A stretch of 55,503 bases of DNA from a virus. Its lineage: Duplodnaviria > Caudoviricetes. Location of the stretch: positions 1 to 55,503 of IMG/VR virus record IMGVR_UViG_3300026851_000044. One strand, written 5' to 3'. Of the stretch, positions 9,122-18,298 are shown piece after piece; position 1 is the stretch's first letter; each line of letters opens with the position of its first letter. The notes beneath the pieces are model-generated. The model worked only from the letters and a program-made list of their open reading frames with translations, did no database searches and was not told the origin of the DNA. The position numbers were made by a program, and so were the translations under genes.

Positions 9122-10399
9122 TTATCGACAGTTAACTGTCCACAACTGGTCCAAGCGCGTGGTATAGCTTTGGCTCATCATTTCCCGTCGCATGCCCCAA
9201 TCTGGATTGCTCGGCACACTCGCAGCCCGGAGCGTCCCCCTCCCCCACCGGCCATTGATTTCATCCAGCACCGCCATCACTCTTGTCGCCTCAGTAGGCT
9301 GAGAAGTGGCGAACAGATCGTCTGTATATTCACTTGGCTGGCATAGATTCAGTAGGATGACTTCCGCTTTGCTGTAACTGAAACCAAAACGAAATACACG
9401 ATCTAGTGCATTGACGGCTGCAGTGGTCAAAAGCCGAACGTCATCAGTTGGGTAAGGCAGATCCACCACGACACCATTCGCATATTTAGCCTCATCGGGG
9501 TTGAACATTCCGGTGCGGATGCTGACCCGAATCTTCTTGCACAGCGAATTTTGTGCCCGGAGCTTTTCCGATGCCCGCATCATGTAAGTCGCCACCGCTT
9601 CCTTGATTGGGGTCAGCTCCTTCAGCCTTTTACCGAACATCCGGCTGCAGCAGATCTCCTGCTTTGGCGGATCCGGCTCATCCAGCTCCAGGCACGGCGT
9701 GCCGGCCAATTCCCGGGCAGTTTTCTCGATCACCACGCTGAAGTTTTTTCTTAACGTCCACGGGTCGGCCTTGGCCAGATCCATTGCGGTCTTGATCCCC
9801 ATACCATCCAAGTGCATTTTCATGCGCCGGCCTACTCCCCACACCTCCGCTACGTCCGTATTACGCAGCACCCAGTCGCGCTTGATTGGGTCGCAGATGT
9901 TCACAACGCCACCGGTTTGCGCCTGCAAGCGTTTGGCGGTGTGGTTGGCCAGCTTGGCTAGGGTCTTGGTATGCGCGATGCCGACACCGACCGGGATGCC
10001 CGTGCAGCGCAGCACTTGGCTGCGGATCTTGCGGCCGAGGGCGTCCAGGTCATTAATGCCGGTGAGGTCGACGAAGGCTTCGTCGATGCTGTAAACCTCA
10101 ACGGCGGGTACCATCGACTCGATCAGCGTCATGACACGCTCACTCATGTCACCGTAAAGCGCATAGTTCGAGGAAAACGGGACGATGCCATGCTGCTTGA
10201 GCTTGTGCTTGATCTGGAAGTACGGCTCGCCCATTTTCACGTAGGGCTTTGCGTCGTAGCTGCGGGCAATGACGCAGCCGTCGTTGTTCGACAGCACCAC
10301 GATAGGCACCTTGGCGAGGTCAGGGCGAAACACGCGCTCGCAGCTGGCATAGAAGCTGTTGCAATCGATCAGGCCGAATACCGGCGGCACGTTAGACAT
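9122..10399 (-). CDS. umuC: Y-family translesion DNA polymerase (UmuC/RulB)
   Basis: LIDCNSFYASCE, VLSNNDGC, YSIDE motifs; C-terminal W-MRRE...YTT. Confidence 0.95.
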   Translation of the reverse strand: MSNVPPVFGLIDCNSFYASCERVFRPDLAKVPIVVLSNNDGCVIARSYDAKPYVKMGEPYFQIKHKLKQHGIVPFSSNYALYGDMSERVMTLIESMVPAVEVYSIDEAFVDLTGINDLDALGRKIRSQVLRCTGIPVGVGIAHTKTLAKLANHTAKRLQAQTGGVVNICDPIKRDWVLRNTDVAEVWGVGRRMKMHLDGMGIKTAMDLAKADPWTLRKNFSVVIEKTARELAGTPCLELDEPDPPKQEICCSRMFGKRLKELTPIKEAVATYMMRASEKLRAQNSLCKKIRVSIRTGMFNPDEAKYANGVVVDLPYPTDDVRLLTTAAVNALDRVFRFGFSYSKAEVILLNLCQPSEYTDDLFATSQPTEATRVMAVLDEINGRWGRGTLRAASVPSNPDWGMRREMMSQSYTTRLDQLWTVNCR

Positions 10400-10817
10400 G
10401 GCTGCGCACGCTGCTGGTGATCACCCCCCAAATAGACAGCTCGTCACCCTCAAGAACGTACCGTGGCGGGTACTTGGGGTTTTCCGACATCAGGATGACC
10501 TCCCTGCCGCGAAGGCATAGGCGCTTGCATACGGGCTCATTGTTCAACAGCGCAATGACGATGTGGCCGTGGGCGGGCTCAATTGATCGATCGACAATGG
10601 CCAAGTCTCCCTCATAGATCCCCGCGCCCTGCATGCTTTCACCGGCGAGTGACACTAGGTAGACGTGTGGCGCACGAATGTTCAGCACCTCATCTAGCGA
10701 TATCTGCGCTTCAATGTGATCCGCAGCCGGCGAGGGAAAGCCAGCCGGGACTCGGAAGAGACATAGCGGCACCTTCGAACCGCCCTCACTGACCGGACCT
10801 AGAATTGAGTAACTCAT
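10392..10817 (-). CDS. umuD: UmuD/RulA S24 peptidase
   Basis: VPAGFPSPA cleavage site, GESM Ser, CKRL Lys; overlaps umuC start. Confidence 0.95.
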   Translation of the reverse strand: MSYSILGPVSEGGSKVPLCLFRVPAGFPSPAADHIEAQISLDEVLNIRAPHVYLVSLAGESMQGAGIYEGDLAIVDRSIEPAHGHIVIALLNNEPVCKRLCLRGREVILMSENPKYPPRYVLEGDELSIWGVITSSVRSHV

Positions 10818-10835
10818 GACTCACGACTTCCAACA

Positions 10836-10851
10836 CTGTACAAATGTACAG
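10836..10851. promoter_or_regulatory. LexA (SOS) box
   Basis: CTGTACAAATGTACAG = CTG-N10-CAG, 18 bp upstream of umuD. Confidence 0.9.
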
Positions 10852-11758
10852 TTAACTTTTTGAAAGCCTTCCGGTCAAATTTTGCAGGAAATATCAGACC
10901 GACGGAGGTACCTAAGCGTAAGCATTACCACATCAGATAAGAGCTCCCTCTTCCACCTCGCGCTCTGCACCCGCAACCTGGAGACTGTCCGGCAAACGAT
11001 GCATACCCTTCAGACGAGCAATTCGCCCCCCCCACTCAGGCCAGCAGAGCTCATCGTCCAACGCTGTAGGACGCGGAGACGAAGCGCAAAATCGATTCAG
11101 AGCGGGTTTTTTTCAAAAAAAAATATTTTTTTTACGAAGAGGAGGGACTTGAAGAATCTGGATACGAGGAGTGTACGAGAAAATAAACGCTTTGGACAAA
11201 GCTACCGCTAGGGGTCCCAAGAACGTGGGATTGCGTATGGCATAGAAAATGACCAAAGGTAGGTCTTTGAGGCGATTTTGGTCTAAAAAATGCATTTGTG
11301 CAAGCTTTTTAATTTTTTGGATGATTGAGAATGCCTTAGGTGTATATCTAACGAAAGCCAATTACGCTACAAGCCACGGATGACGTGGGCTGCAGCGGAT
11401 CACGAGATTTCAAAATCTACATAAAAAACAAACTAAGCTGTATAGACAAACATTCCGCGTTATTTAAAACACCAGATCAACACAAATACCCCAACATTAA
11501 ATCCGACAACCGGCCATCCCATTTTTTAGATATCAAACTCAGTAGTGTAAGCACAAACACAAACAGAGATTAAAGGCGGCTCTACAATATTAAAATAGGG
11601 TTTTAACAAGCCGTTCTAAAACAGCAAAAAAAACAACAATGAAAACCTTCGAAACCCTTACAAATCAAGGCCTCCAGACATTTCAGAGAGAAACAAAAAC
11701 ATATAAAAAAACTTTTTTTTAGTGTCTCAGTTTTTCCACCATACGTCCGTGGTCGCGA

Positions 11759-11787
11759 TTGACGAGTTTTAAAGCCCGCTCTAAGAT
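11759..11787 (+). promoter_or_regulatory. Putative sigma70 promoter
   Basis: TTGACG-N17-TAAGAT. Confidence 0.5.
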
Positions 11788-12099
11788 CACTCCCATCAGC
11801 CACACAGAACCAAACGCCACGTCTCATTTGAGATTCCGGCGACGGCCCCTGTCGGTTTGATGAAAGGAAAAAACGAAAGTAAGAAAAAAAAGTAAAAAAA
11901 AAGCTGAAGGGCGGCAACCCTCCAGCCTCGCTGCAAAACCACGGATCGTTAACGCTTAGGCCGATCCGGCACCGAAATGATGCTGGCTTCACAGATTCTC
12001 GCGAATCAAAAGTAGCATAGATCATGGATGGTGAGCCATGGCCCTTGGTCGCTTGCGACTAAGGGCTTGGTGACTGAGCATCACGAAGAGGATGCAAAA

Positions 12100-12183
12100 A
12101 TGTCCATTAGCCATTTGATGTTGATCTTGGCAATTGAGGTGGTTCGTCTGCTTCAAGACGTACTGCCACTGTTGCTTGCCTGA
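12100..12183 (+). CDS. 27-aa hydrophobic peptide (type I toxin candidate)
   Basis: GAGGA RBS; MSISHLMLILAIEVVRLLQDVLPLLLA*; followed directly by an intrinsic terminator; too short for the ORF track. Confidence 0.5.
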   Translation: MSISHLMLILAIEVVRLLQDVLPLLLA

Positions 12184-12189
12184 TAGAAG

Positions 12190-12213
12190 AAGCCGGGGAA
12201 ACCCGGCTTTTTT
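12190..12213 (+). terminator. Intrinsic terminator
   Basis: AAGCCGGG-GAAA-CCCGGCTT followed by a T run. Confidence 0.8.
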
Positions 12214-12752
12214 CATTGGAAAGTGATCGCTTTGACATAACCTTGGCACGCAGCCAATGCGATCAGCCCCCGGTCGCCGTCATCGGTGACTCCGATAATT
12301 CGTTGAGCATGCGCTGGGTTAAGTTCGGCTCTTGTGGGGCCATGAACCACGCCGCCGGTGGCGGTGGTGGCTGACAACGATCCGTTGCCGGTGCCGGTGG
12401 TGGCGTCGAGTAGGACTGACAGGCGCAGATCAGCAGTGGCAAGGCGGTCGCGCAGGCGACCTTGATCACGTTGGACATCGCTCAAAGCTCGGTAATGGGT
12501 TTGTTCGCTGGTAGCCAGGCGCTGCTCGAGCGCAAGGCGTTTGTCCTGTTCGGCACGCTGCTGCGCAACCGTGGCCAGGGCCAACTGGTTAAGGGTTTCG
12601 GTGTGGAGCCGGGCCTGCTCTGCGAGCTGTTTGCCGTAGCGCCAATCCTGTACTTGCCAAGTAATGGCAGCGAAACCACTGACCAAGACGACCAGCAGCA
12701 CGCCTTTTGCCAGCAGCCAATACGGGGCCGGGATCAGTTCGCCGAGACGCAT
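12213..12752 (-). CDS. Rz-like inner-membrane spanin
   Basis: N-terminal TM, coiled coil, ALAACQGYV C-terminus; follows the endolysin. Confidence 0.85.
   Translation of the reverse strand: MRLGELIPAPYWLLAKGVLLVVLVSGFAAITWQVQDWRYGKQLAEQARLHTETLNQLALATVAQQRAEQDKRLALEQRLATSEQTHYRALSDVQRDQGRLRDRLATADLRLSVLLDATTGTGNGSLSATTATGGVVHGPTRAELNPAHAQRIIGVTDDGDRGLIALAACQGYVKAITFQ
12263..12478 (-). CDS. Rz1-like outer-membrane lipoprotein spanin (embedded in Rz)
   Basis: Signal peptide with lipobox LICAC, Pro-rich PPPPPAAWFM, nested in an alternate frame of Rz. Confidence 0.8.
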   Translation of the reverse strand: MSNVIKVACATALPLLICACQSYSTPPPAPATDRCQPPPPPAAWFMAPQEPNLTQRMLNELSESPMTATGG

Positions 12753-13297
12753 AGCACCGCCCTCGCCCGCCCCCACAACTCCAGCCGATCCTGCAGGCCG
12801 TTGAGACCGCCGTTGATCCTGCGGGTAATCGTGTTGAATTCATTTTGATCAGCCAGCGCGTTCAGCCCATTCACGGACCAAAACCACGCCGCCGACTCGG
12901 CGGCCCACTGCGGCAGCTCCAGCAGTTCAGGCGTGCGCAGCAATCGCTCGTCACCGAACAGCGCCAAGCTGCAGCGCAGGTAATTGTCGTGGCCGGTGAC
13001 CTGGATCAAGCCGCGACCGCGATAGCGCTGGCCATCACCATCCGCTGCCGGCGTGTTGCCCAGTTTCGCAGCCAGGCTGCCAGTGTCGTACTTGCTCAGG
13101 TACTGGTCGCCGCCCAGTTCCCGGACGTACTGCAACTGCCCCGACTCGTGACCGACTTGCGCCAGAAACGCGGCTTGGCGTTTCGGCGTGTTGATTTGCC
13201 GATTAGCCATGGCTGCGTTGAGGGCGGATACAAAAACGCCCGCTTGGCGGCGGGCGTTGGGCATGATGCTGTGCAGCTGTTGTTCAGTGATGGACAT
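12734..13297 (-). CDS. Glycoside hydrolase family 19 endolysin
   Basis: AAFLAQVGHES, YRGRGLIQVTG, RRINGGLNG motifs. Confidence 0.95.
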   Translation of the reverse strand: MSITEQQLHSIMPNARRQAGVFVSALNAAMANRQINTPKRQAAFLAQVGHESGQLQYVRELGGDQYLSKYDTGSLAAKLGNTPAADGDGQRYRGRGLIQVTGHDNYLRCSLALFGDERLLRTPELLELPQWAAESAAWFWSVNGLNALADQNEFNTITRRINGGLNGLQDRLELWGRARAVLCVSAN

Positions 13298-13345
13298 ACA
13301 AACTCCAGACATAAAATACCGCACTCAGGCGGCGAGGGGATGCGG

Positions 13346-14395
13346 TTACTGTTTCTCGATGTTCACAACCTTGAGGGGTGGTTTCGACCCTTTCTTTTTC
13401 TTGCCTTTGGATTTACCGGCTTTGCCGGCATTGCATTCGACCGTGGTCGACCATCCGGACTGGGTGAACACCTGCTCGACCGAATCCGCCAGGTATTCAC
13501 CATCAAGACCGACCTTGAATCCCTGAGCGATGATGGGACGCTCGGCGAAGATGTCCGTGCGGCCGGGCATCTCAAGCCGCACATCGGCGGTCGAGCGGTT
13601 GAACGCTGACAGACGGGCCTTGGCGGCCGCTTCAGCAGCCGTCTTGTTTGGGTAGATATGGCGGTCGGTATGCACTGCCGGCAGCCCGTCCGGAGCATCG
13701 TCGTTGTCGATGGTGACCACCGCCAACTTGCCGTTCTTTTTGTCCTGATGCTTGGTCGCCACCGCCTTGTGAGAGTTGCGATCACCGAGACTGAATTGCC
13801 AGCGACTGAGATCGCGGCGGGTCAGTGTGATGGCGCCGAATGCTTTGCCGCTGGCCGTCTGGCCTCCTTGGCGCGGCATCACCAACAGCTTGCCGTCGGC
13901 GACCTTGGCCGTGCAGTCGTATTGCTTGGCCAGACGGGTTATGAAATTAAAATCGGACTCGTTGAGCTGGTCGACCCGGGCGACCTTGGTCGACACCGGA
14001 CACACCAGCGTCCAGCCATTGCGCGCGGCCACGTCAGCCACGATCTTCGACAACGGCACGCCCTCCCAGCTTCCGCTACGGATGGTTTTGCCACTGCCAC
14101 GCACGTCGCTGGCCTTGCCCTTGATCACGATGGTGTCCGGCGGGCCTGACACCTCGACGGTGTCCACGGTGTAGCTGCCCATACGCGCCAAGCTCGTTTC
14201 GGCATAACCCAGGTAAATCTCGATAGCGCTGCCACGCCGTGGCAATTGCACTTGCCCATCACGGTCGTCGATACGCAACTCAAACTCGTCAGACTCCATG
14301 CCCGGCTTGTCCGAGGTGCGCAGCAACAACAGCCGATCATTGATCTTGGCCGTGACGTCGGCCCCATCGGCGACGATTCGAAACATCGGTGTCAT
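13346..14395 (-). CDS. Phage late control D (baseplate hub) protein
   Basis: SDEFELRIDD, DQLNESDFNFITRLA motifs; position in the tail module. Confidence 0.9.
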   Translation of the reverse strand: MTPMFRIVADGADVTAKINDRLLLLRTSDKPGMESDEFELRIDDRDGQVQLPRRGSAIEIYLGYAETSLARMGSYTVDTVEVSGPPDTIVIKGKASDVRGSGKTIRSGSWEGVPLSKIVADVAARNGWTLVCPVSTKVARVDQLNESDFNFITRLAKQYDCTAKVADGKLLVMPRQGGQTASGKAFGAITLTRRDLSRWQFSLGDRNSHKAVATKHQDKKNGKLAVVTIDNDDAPDGLPAVHTDRHIYPNKTAAEAAAKARLSAFNRSTADVRLEMPGRTDIFAERPIIAQGFKVGLDGEYLADSVEQVFTQSGWSTTVECNAGKAGKSKGKKKKGSKPPLKVVNIEKQ

Positions 14396-14467
14396 GGATT
14401 TTTCCCAATAAAAAACCCGCACAGGGGCGGGTCATAAAAACAGCGCGTTACTGGGCATCGGCCAGAA

Positions 14468-14674
14468 TCAATCCCATAGGCTCACGCCCTCACTTGTCGG
14501 GCTGGGCAGATCCGGCAGGACGATGATCACGCCCAACCGGAACGGCTGAGGCTCATCGGCTAGCCCCTGATTGGCATCGAGCACGGCCTCGACGCTGCCA
14601 TTCAGGTGGCCGTAAACGTTGTTGCAAATGACATCGAGCATGTCGCCGTCAGACGTCCTGCATGTCGTCGCCAT
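14468..14674 (-). CDS. Tail protein X (LysM-like)
   Basis: GDMLDVIC...VLDANQGLA...VSLWD. Confidence 0.9.
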   Translation of the reverse strand: MATTCRTSDGDMLDVICNNVYGHLNGSVEAVLDANQGLADEPQPFRLGVIIVLPDLPSPTSEGVSLWD

Positions 14675-15494
14675 AGCGCTCAAACTCCAAAGTGAACCCC
14701 TGTTTTCGAGCAATCCCGCCGTGCAGCAGCGCAGACTGGTCCTCGTTGATGTTTTTCAGGCACCACGTTCCGATCACCTCGCCATAACCCGTGGTCAGCG
14801 TCAGCGGCTGCAGCCTGGCACCAATGGAACGTAGGGTGTCGAGCTGTTTCAGTCCACCCTTGAAGCCCGGGTAGATCGTGCCCTTGAGCGTTAACTTTTC
14901 GTCGCCCATACCGATGGCCTGCTTCGCCGGCCGGCGCGTCAACCGCTCCTGAGAAGCCCAGCGGAATTCGGTCGAACGGCTCAGCTCGTCGAAAGCTGCC
15001 GTGTCCAGATTGAAGTAATACGGCTCAATCTTCGGATCGCGCGGCTGAATGATCATCAGATGCGGGAACGGCTTCACCGCTTCCGGCGCCGGCGTGGCCT
15101 CCACGGCAAAGGAACTGGTGGGCACGATGTTGGCCAGCGACGGACTGACCTTGCCGGCGACGTTGTTGATCGCCGTGGCCGCCTTGCCCGCCTGTTCCTT
15201 CAATGTGCCCAGCCGCTCCTGCACTTCGGCCGCCGCGCGGGTGGCGCGCCCGTACACCGCCACCACCTGACCGACCTTGGCCTGAGCCGCGTCGACGCCG
15301 CGCATCACCCGCTGAAGTTTGGCGCCGATGGCCGGACCAACGAACGGGATATTTTCCAGCTCGGACGCGGCGCCGGTCAGCTCGCGAATCGCGCCATTGA
15401 CCGGGGACAGTATGCCGTCAGCACTGCGCCGCCCAGTTTCCGCTGCCTCGACCAAGTACTTCAGGCTCGATTGCATCTGCTCCATGTAAGCCAT
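14649..15494 (-). CDS. P2 GpU-like tail protein with N-terminal helical extension
   Basis: C-terminal RWASQERL...LTLKGTIYP...FTLEFERY GpU domain. Confidence 0.85.
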   Translation of the reverse strand: MAYMEQMQSSLKYLVEAAETGRRSADGILSPVNGAIRELTGAASELENIPFVGPAIGAKLQRVMRGVDAAQAKVGQVVAVYGRATRAAAEVQERLGTLKEQAGKAATAINNVAGKVSPSLANIVPTSSFAVEATPAPEAVKPFPHLMIIQPRDPKIEPYYFNLDTAAFDELSRSTEFRWASQERLTRRPAKQAIGMGDEKLTLKGTIYPGFKGGLKQLDTLRSIGARLQPLTLTTGYGEVIGTWCLKNINEDQSALLHGGIARKQGFTLEFERYGDDMQDV

Positions 15495-15503
15495 GAAACC
15501 TCC

Positions 15504-18143
15504 TTAGACATGGGGTTCGTCGTACAGCTTGGCGGCGTTACTCCTCGCCGCGTCCGCCATCATTCGTTGCATGTGCGGCATCAGATCCTGCGCCAAGGTT
15601 TGCGGGTCTTTGACATCGCCCTGCACGGTCACCGGCATGCTCAGTGAATACTGAAACTGCTGATCCACCTTGGCCGGCTCCGGCTTCGCCGCCTCCTTGG
15701 GCTGGATGGCCATCGCCGCCGACTTGAGCGGCGCCGTCACTGCCATCGAGCGCGCGACATCCCCCAGCACTGGGCCTTGCTGCGCCGCTGATGCCATCAT
15801 GAGCGGCGTGGTCGGCACCGGCGCCTTTGCCGTTTGCTCGGGCTTTTCATCCTCACCGCCGAACAGCGACTTACCCAACGATCCGCCCAGCGCCGCACCG
15901 CCCTGACTGCCCAGGTAAGCACCGATCATGCCGCCGATCGCGGTGCCGATGATCGGCACGACCGAACCAATGGCGGCGCCTGCTGCTGCACCGGCCATGG
16001 TGCCGGCTAGGTTGCCGGCAGCCGAACCGTAACCTTCGGCTTTTTCGTCCTTGGTCTTGGCGTTTTGAAAGGTTTCAAGCGCCATCGCGCCGGACTCCAG
16101 CAGCGTGCCGCCAGGAATGACCTTGGCCACCTTGCCGGCCTTGCCGACGGTTTCGGCGACGACGCCGAGCTTGGACAATGCCCCGCCAGGAACGGAAGGG
16201 ACTGATGGCGACGGGATCGAAACAGATGGACGTGAAACCGGAACAGGTGGACGAGGCACAGACGGACGAGGACCTCTCGAACTCGGCAACAACCGGCGCC
16301 GAGCGCTGCGCCCTGACCCACGCCTACGTCGGGGCGATTCGCCCGATGCATCCACACCGCCACCCATAGCGCCGGCATTGACGACGAAAACCTTCTTGAC
16401 GCCGTCGTTACCTGCACCACTGTCAGTACCAAGGCCGCCGCCTGTTGCCGCTTCCTTCACCCGCGAAACAACATCCAGGCCAGTCGCTACCAGATCAAGT
16501 TCTCCGGGGTTTTTATTTGGGGCTTCGCTCCCATTTCTGCCACCGCGCGCCCCACGCGCAAGGTTTAGCAGCCCCTTGCTGATCTTGATCGTGCTGAAGA
16601 TACCCTTTAAGGCGATCAGCCCCGCCCCGACCGTGGCGATACCGGCAACTACCCCGGGCGCGCTATCAGTCAGCGACGTAATGCCTTTAGCAACCTTGGT
16701 CAACGACTCGGCCACGGTGTCCGTCACCGGGCGCAGCGCATCACCGATGCTGCGCATGGCGTCATCCATCGACTGGGCCATTTCTGCCCATTTCTGCGAT
16801 GACGACTCGCGCCGCTCGGCGAGGTTCTTGTCGAGGATCCCGGTCGCGTCACGCGAATCGTTTTTGAGCTGGCTGTACAGCACCTTGTTCTGCATGTAGG
16901 CCGACAGTGCGGCCTTGACCTGCATGTCGGCGAACAGGTCGCCGGTGCGCAGGGATTCTTCCAGCGAGGCCATCATGGCCTTGGCCTTCTCCGGGTCGGC
17001 TTCCTTGCTGATTTTTGACGTGGCTTCGGCCATGGCCGCCGCACGCTTCGGATCGGTCGCCTGAATGTATTTCTGAGCCAGCGCCATGCTGGTCTCAAGC
17101 GTGGACATACCGTTTTGCAAACCGGTCTGCATCGACCCCTTGTAATCAATCCCGGCTTTTTCGTAGGCCTTGACCGTATCGGTCGAACCGATTTTGCCCA
17201 TCCAGTTTTTCAGGTTGTTGGCCGCTTCGTCCGAACTGCCTGCCTGCTTCATCTGCACCTGCAACATGGCGCCCAGTTGCGTCACCGCATCCAAGCCGGT
17301 GATGCCGTTGCTGGCCATGTTGGCCAGCAGTTCCGGGAACCACTTGGCCATGTCGGCCGCTTCAAAGCTGCCCGCCTGCCCTTGGTAAGCGATCGCCTCC
17401 AGCGCCTGCTGCATCTGCTTGGGGTCGGTGATCTTGGCGTTCTGCCCTAGGGCGTTGATCATCTTCGCCGTGTCGACGCCGCTGGATCCCTGCCCCACGA
17501 CAAACTTGGCCGCGACAGGCGCGTATTCCAGCGCCTTGCTCAGATCCATACCGGCGCCGACCAACTGATTGACCACGTCGGCCACATCGTTGCGCGCCAT
17601 GCCGGTGTCGCGTGAAGTGTCGATGATCTTGCGCGACATCTCCTGTTCTTGCGGCTTATTGGCAATGCCGGCCTTGATCGCGATGTCACGGACAATGGCG
17701 CCAAAATCAGCGCTGACCTTGGCCGGTACCGCCATGGCACCGACACCGACCACCGCCGCACCGACAGCGCCCTTCATGCCCTTTACGCCAGAATCAATCT
17801 GCTGATGACCCTTGGCTTTCAGCTCGGCTTTGTTGGCCGTCTGCCCCATCGAGCGATAGGCTTTTTCCAACCGGCCGACCTCGATCCCCTGCTTTTTCAA
17901 GCTGTCGAGGTTCGAGTTCAAACGGCTGAGTAATTTGGACGCACCGGCAGCGCCGGTGTCGTGAGCCTTCTTCCATTCTTCGCGCAGGCGGATGGTGTCG
18001 CCAATCGTGCGCTGCAGCACCCGCGCTTTGTTGCCTTCTGCCTCAAGGCGCTTGATGCGCCCGGTCACATCCTTGAACGCGGCGCCGACCGTTGAACTGA
18101 CGGCACCGCCGATCACCAGCCCGAGGGCGAGTTTGTTTGCCAT
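15504..18143 (-). CDS. Tail tape measure protein
   Basis: 879 aa Ala-rich helical protein with glycine zipper, downstream of the tail chaperone. Confidence 0.9.
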   Translation of the reverse strand: MANKLALGLVIGGAVSSTVGAAFKDVTGRIKRLEAEGNKARVLQRTIGDTIRLREEWKKAHDTGAAGASKLLSRLNSNLDSLKKQGIEVGRLEKAYRSMGQTANKAELKAKGHQQIDSGVKGMKGAVGAAVVGVGAMAVPAKVSADFGAIVRDIAIKAGIANKPQEQEMSRKIIDTSRDTGMARNDVADVVNQLVGAGMDLSKALEYAPVAAKFVVGQGSSGVDTAKMINALGQNAKITDPKQMQQALEAIAYQGQAGSFEAADMAKWFPELLANMASNGITGLDAVTQLGAMLQVQMKQAGSSDEAANNLKNWMGKIGSTDTVKAYEKAGIDYKGSMQTGLQNGMSTLETSMALAQKYIQATDPKRAAAMAEATSKISKEADPEKAKAMMASLEESLRTGDLFADMQVKAALSAYMQNKVLYSQLKNDSRDATGILDKNLAERRESSSQKWAEMAQSMDDAMRSIGDALRPVTDTVAESLTKVAKGITSLTDSAPGVVAGIATVGAGLIALKGIFSTIKISKGLLNLARGARGGRNGSEAPNKNPGELDLVATGLDVVSRVKEAATGGGLGTDSGAGNDGVKKVFVVNAGAMGGGVDASGESPRRRRGSGRSARRRLLPSSRGPRPSVPRPPVPVSRPSVSIPSPSVPSVPGGALSKLGVVAETVGKAGKVAKVIPGGTLLESGAMALETFQNAKTKDEKAEGYGSAAGNLAGTMAGAAAGAAIGSVVPIIGTAIGGMIGAYLGSQGGAALGGSLGKSLFGGEDEKPEQTAKAPVPTTPLMMASAAQQGPVLGDVARSMAVTAPLKSAAMAIQPKEAAKPEPAKVDQQFQYSLSMPVTVQGDVKDPQTLAQDLMPHMQRMMADAARSNAAKLYDEPHV

Positions 18144-18181
18144 GTCATGGCCCCCATGTGCCCAGCACTACCGATGGCGGC

Positions 18182-18298
18182 TCAATCCGTGAGCCACCAG
18201 ACCATATCCGCGAACGGCATCGACTGGATCTCGGCGGCGGAAAATCCGGTTTCCGCCGCCAGACGTTTCGCCGCCGACTTGATAACGCTGGGGTTAAA
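18182..18298 (-). CDS. GpE'-like frameshift extension of the tail assembly chaperone
   Basis: FNPSVIKSAAKRLAAETGFSAAEIQSMPFADMVWWLTD*, open in the +1 frame from CTT-TAA; no upstream start codon of its own. Confidence 0.65.
   Translation of the reverse strand, partial: FNPSVIKSAAKRLAAETGFSAAEIQSMPFADMVWWLTD

Noticed and set aside
11603-12025. 140-aa minus-strand ORF
   Set aside because: Phe/Cys runs come from A-tracts; no RBS or protein-like composition
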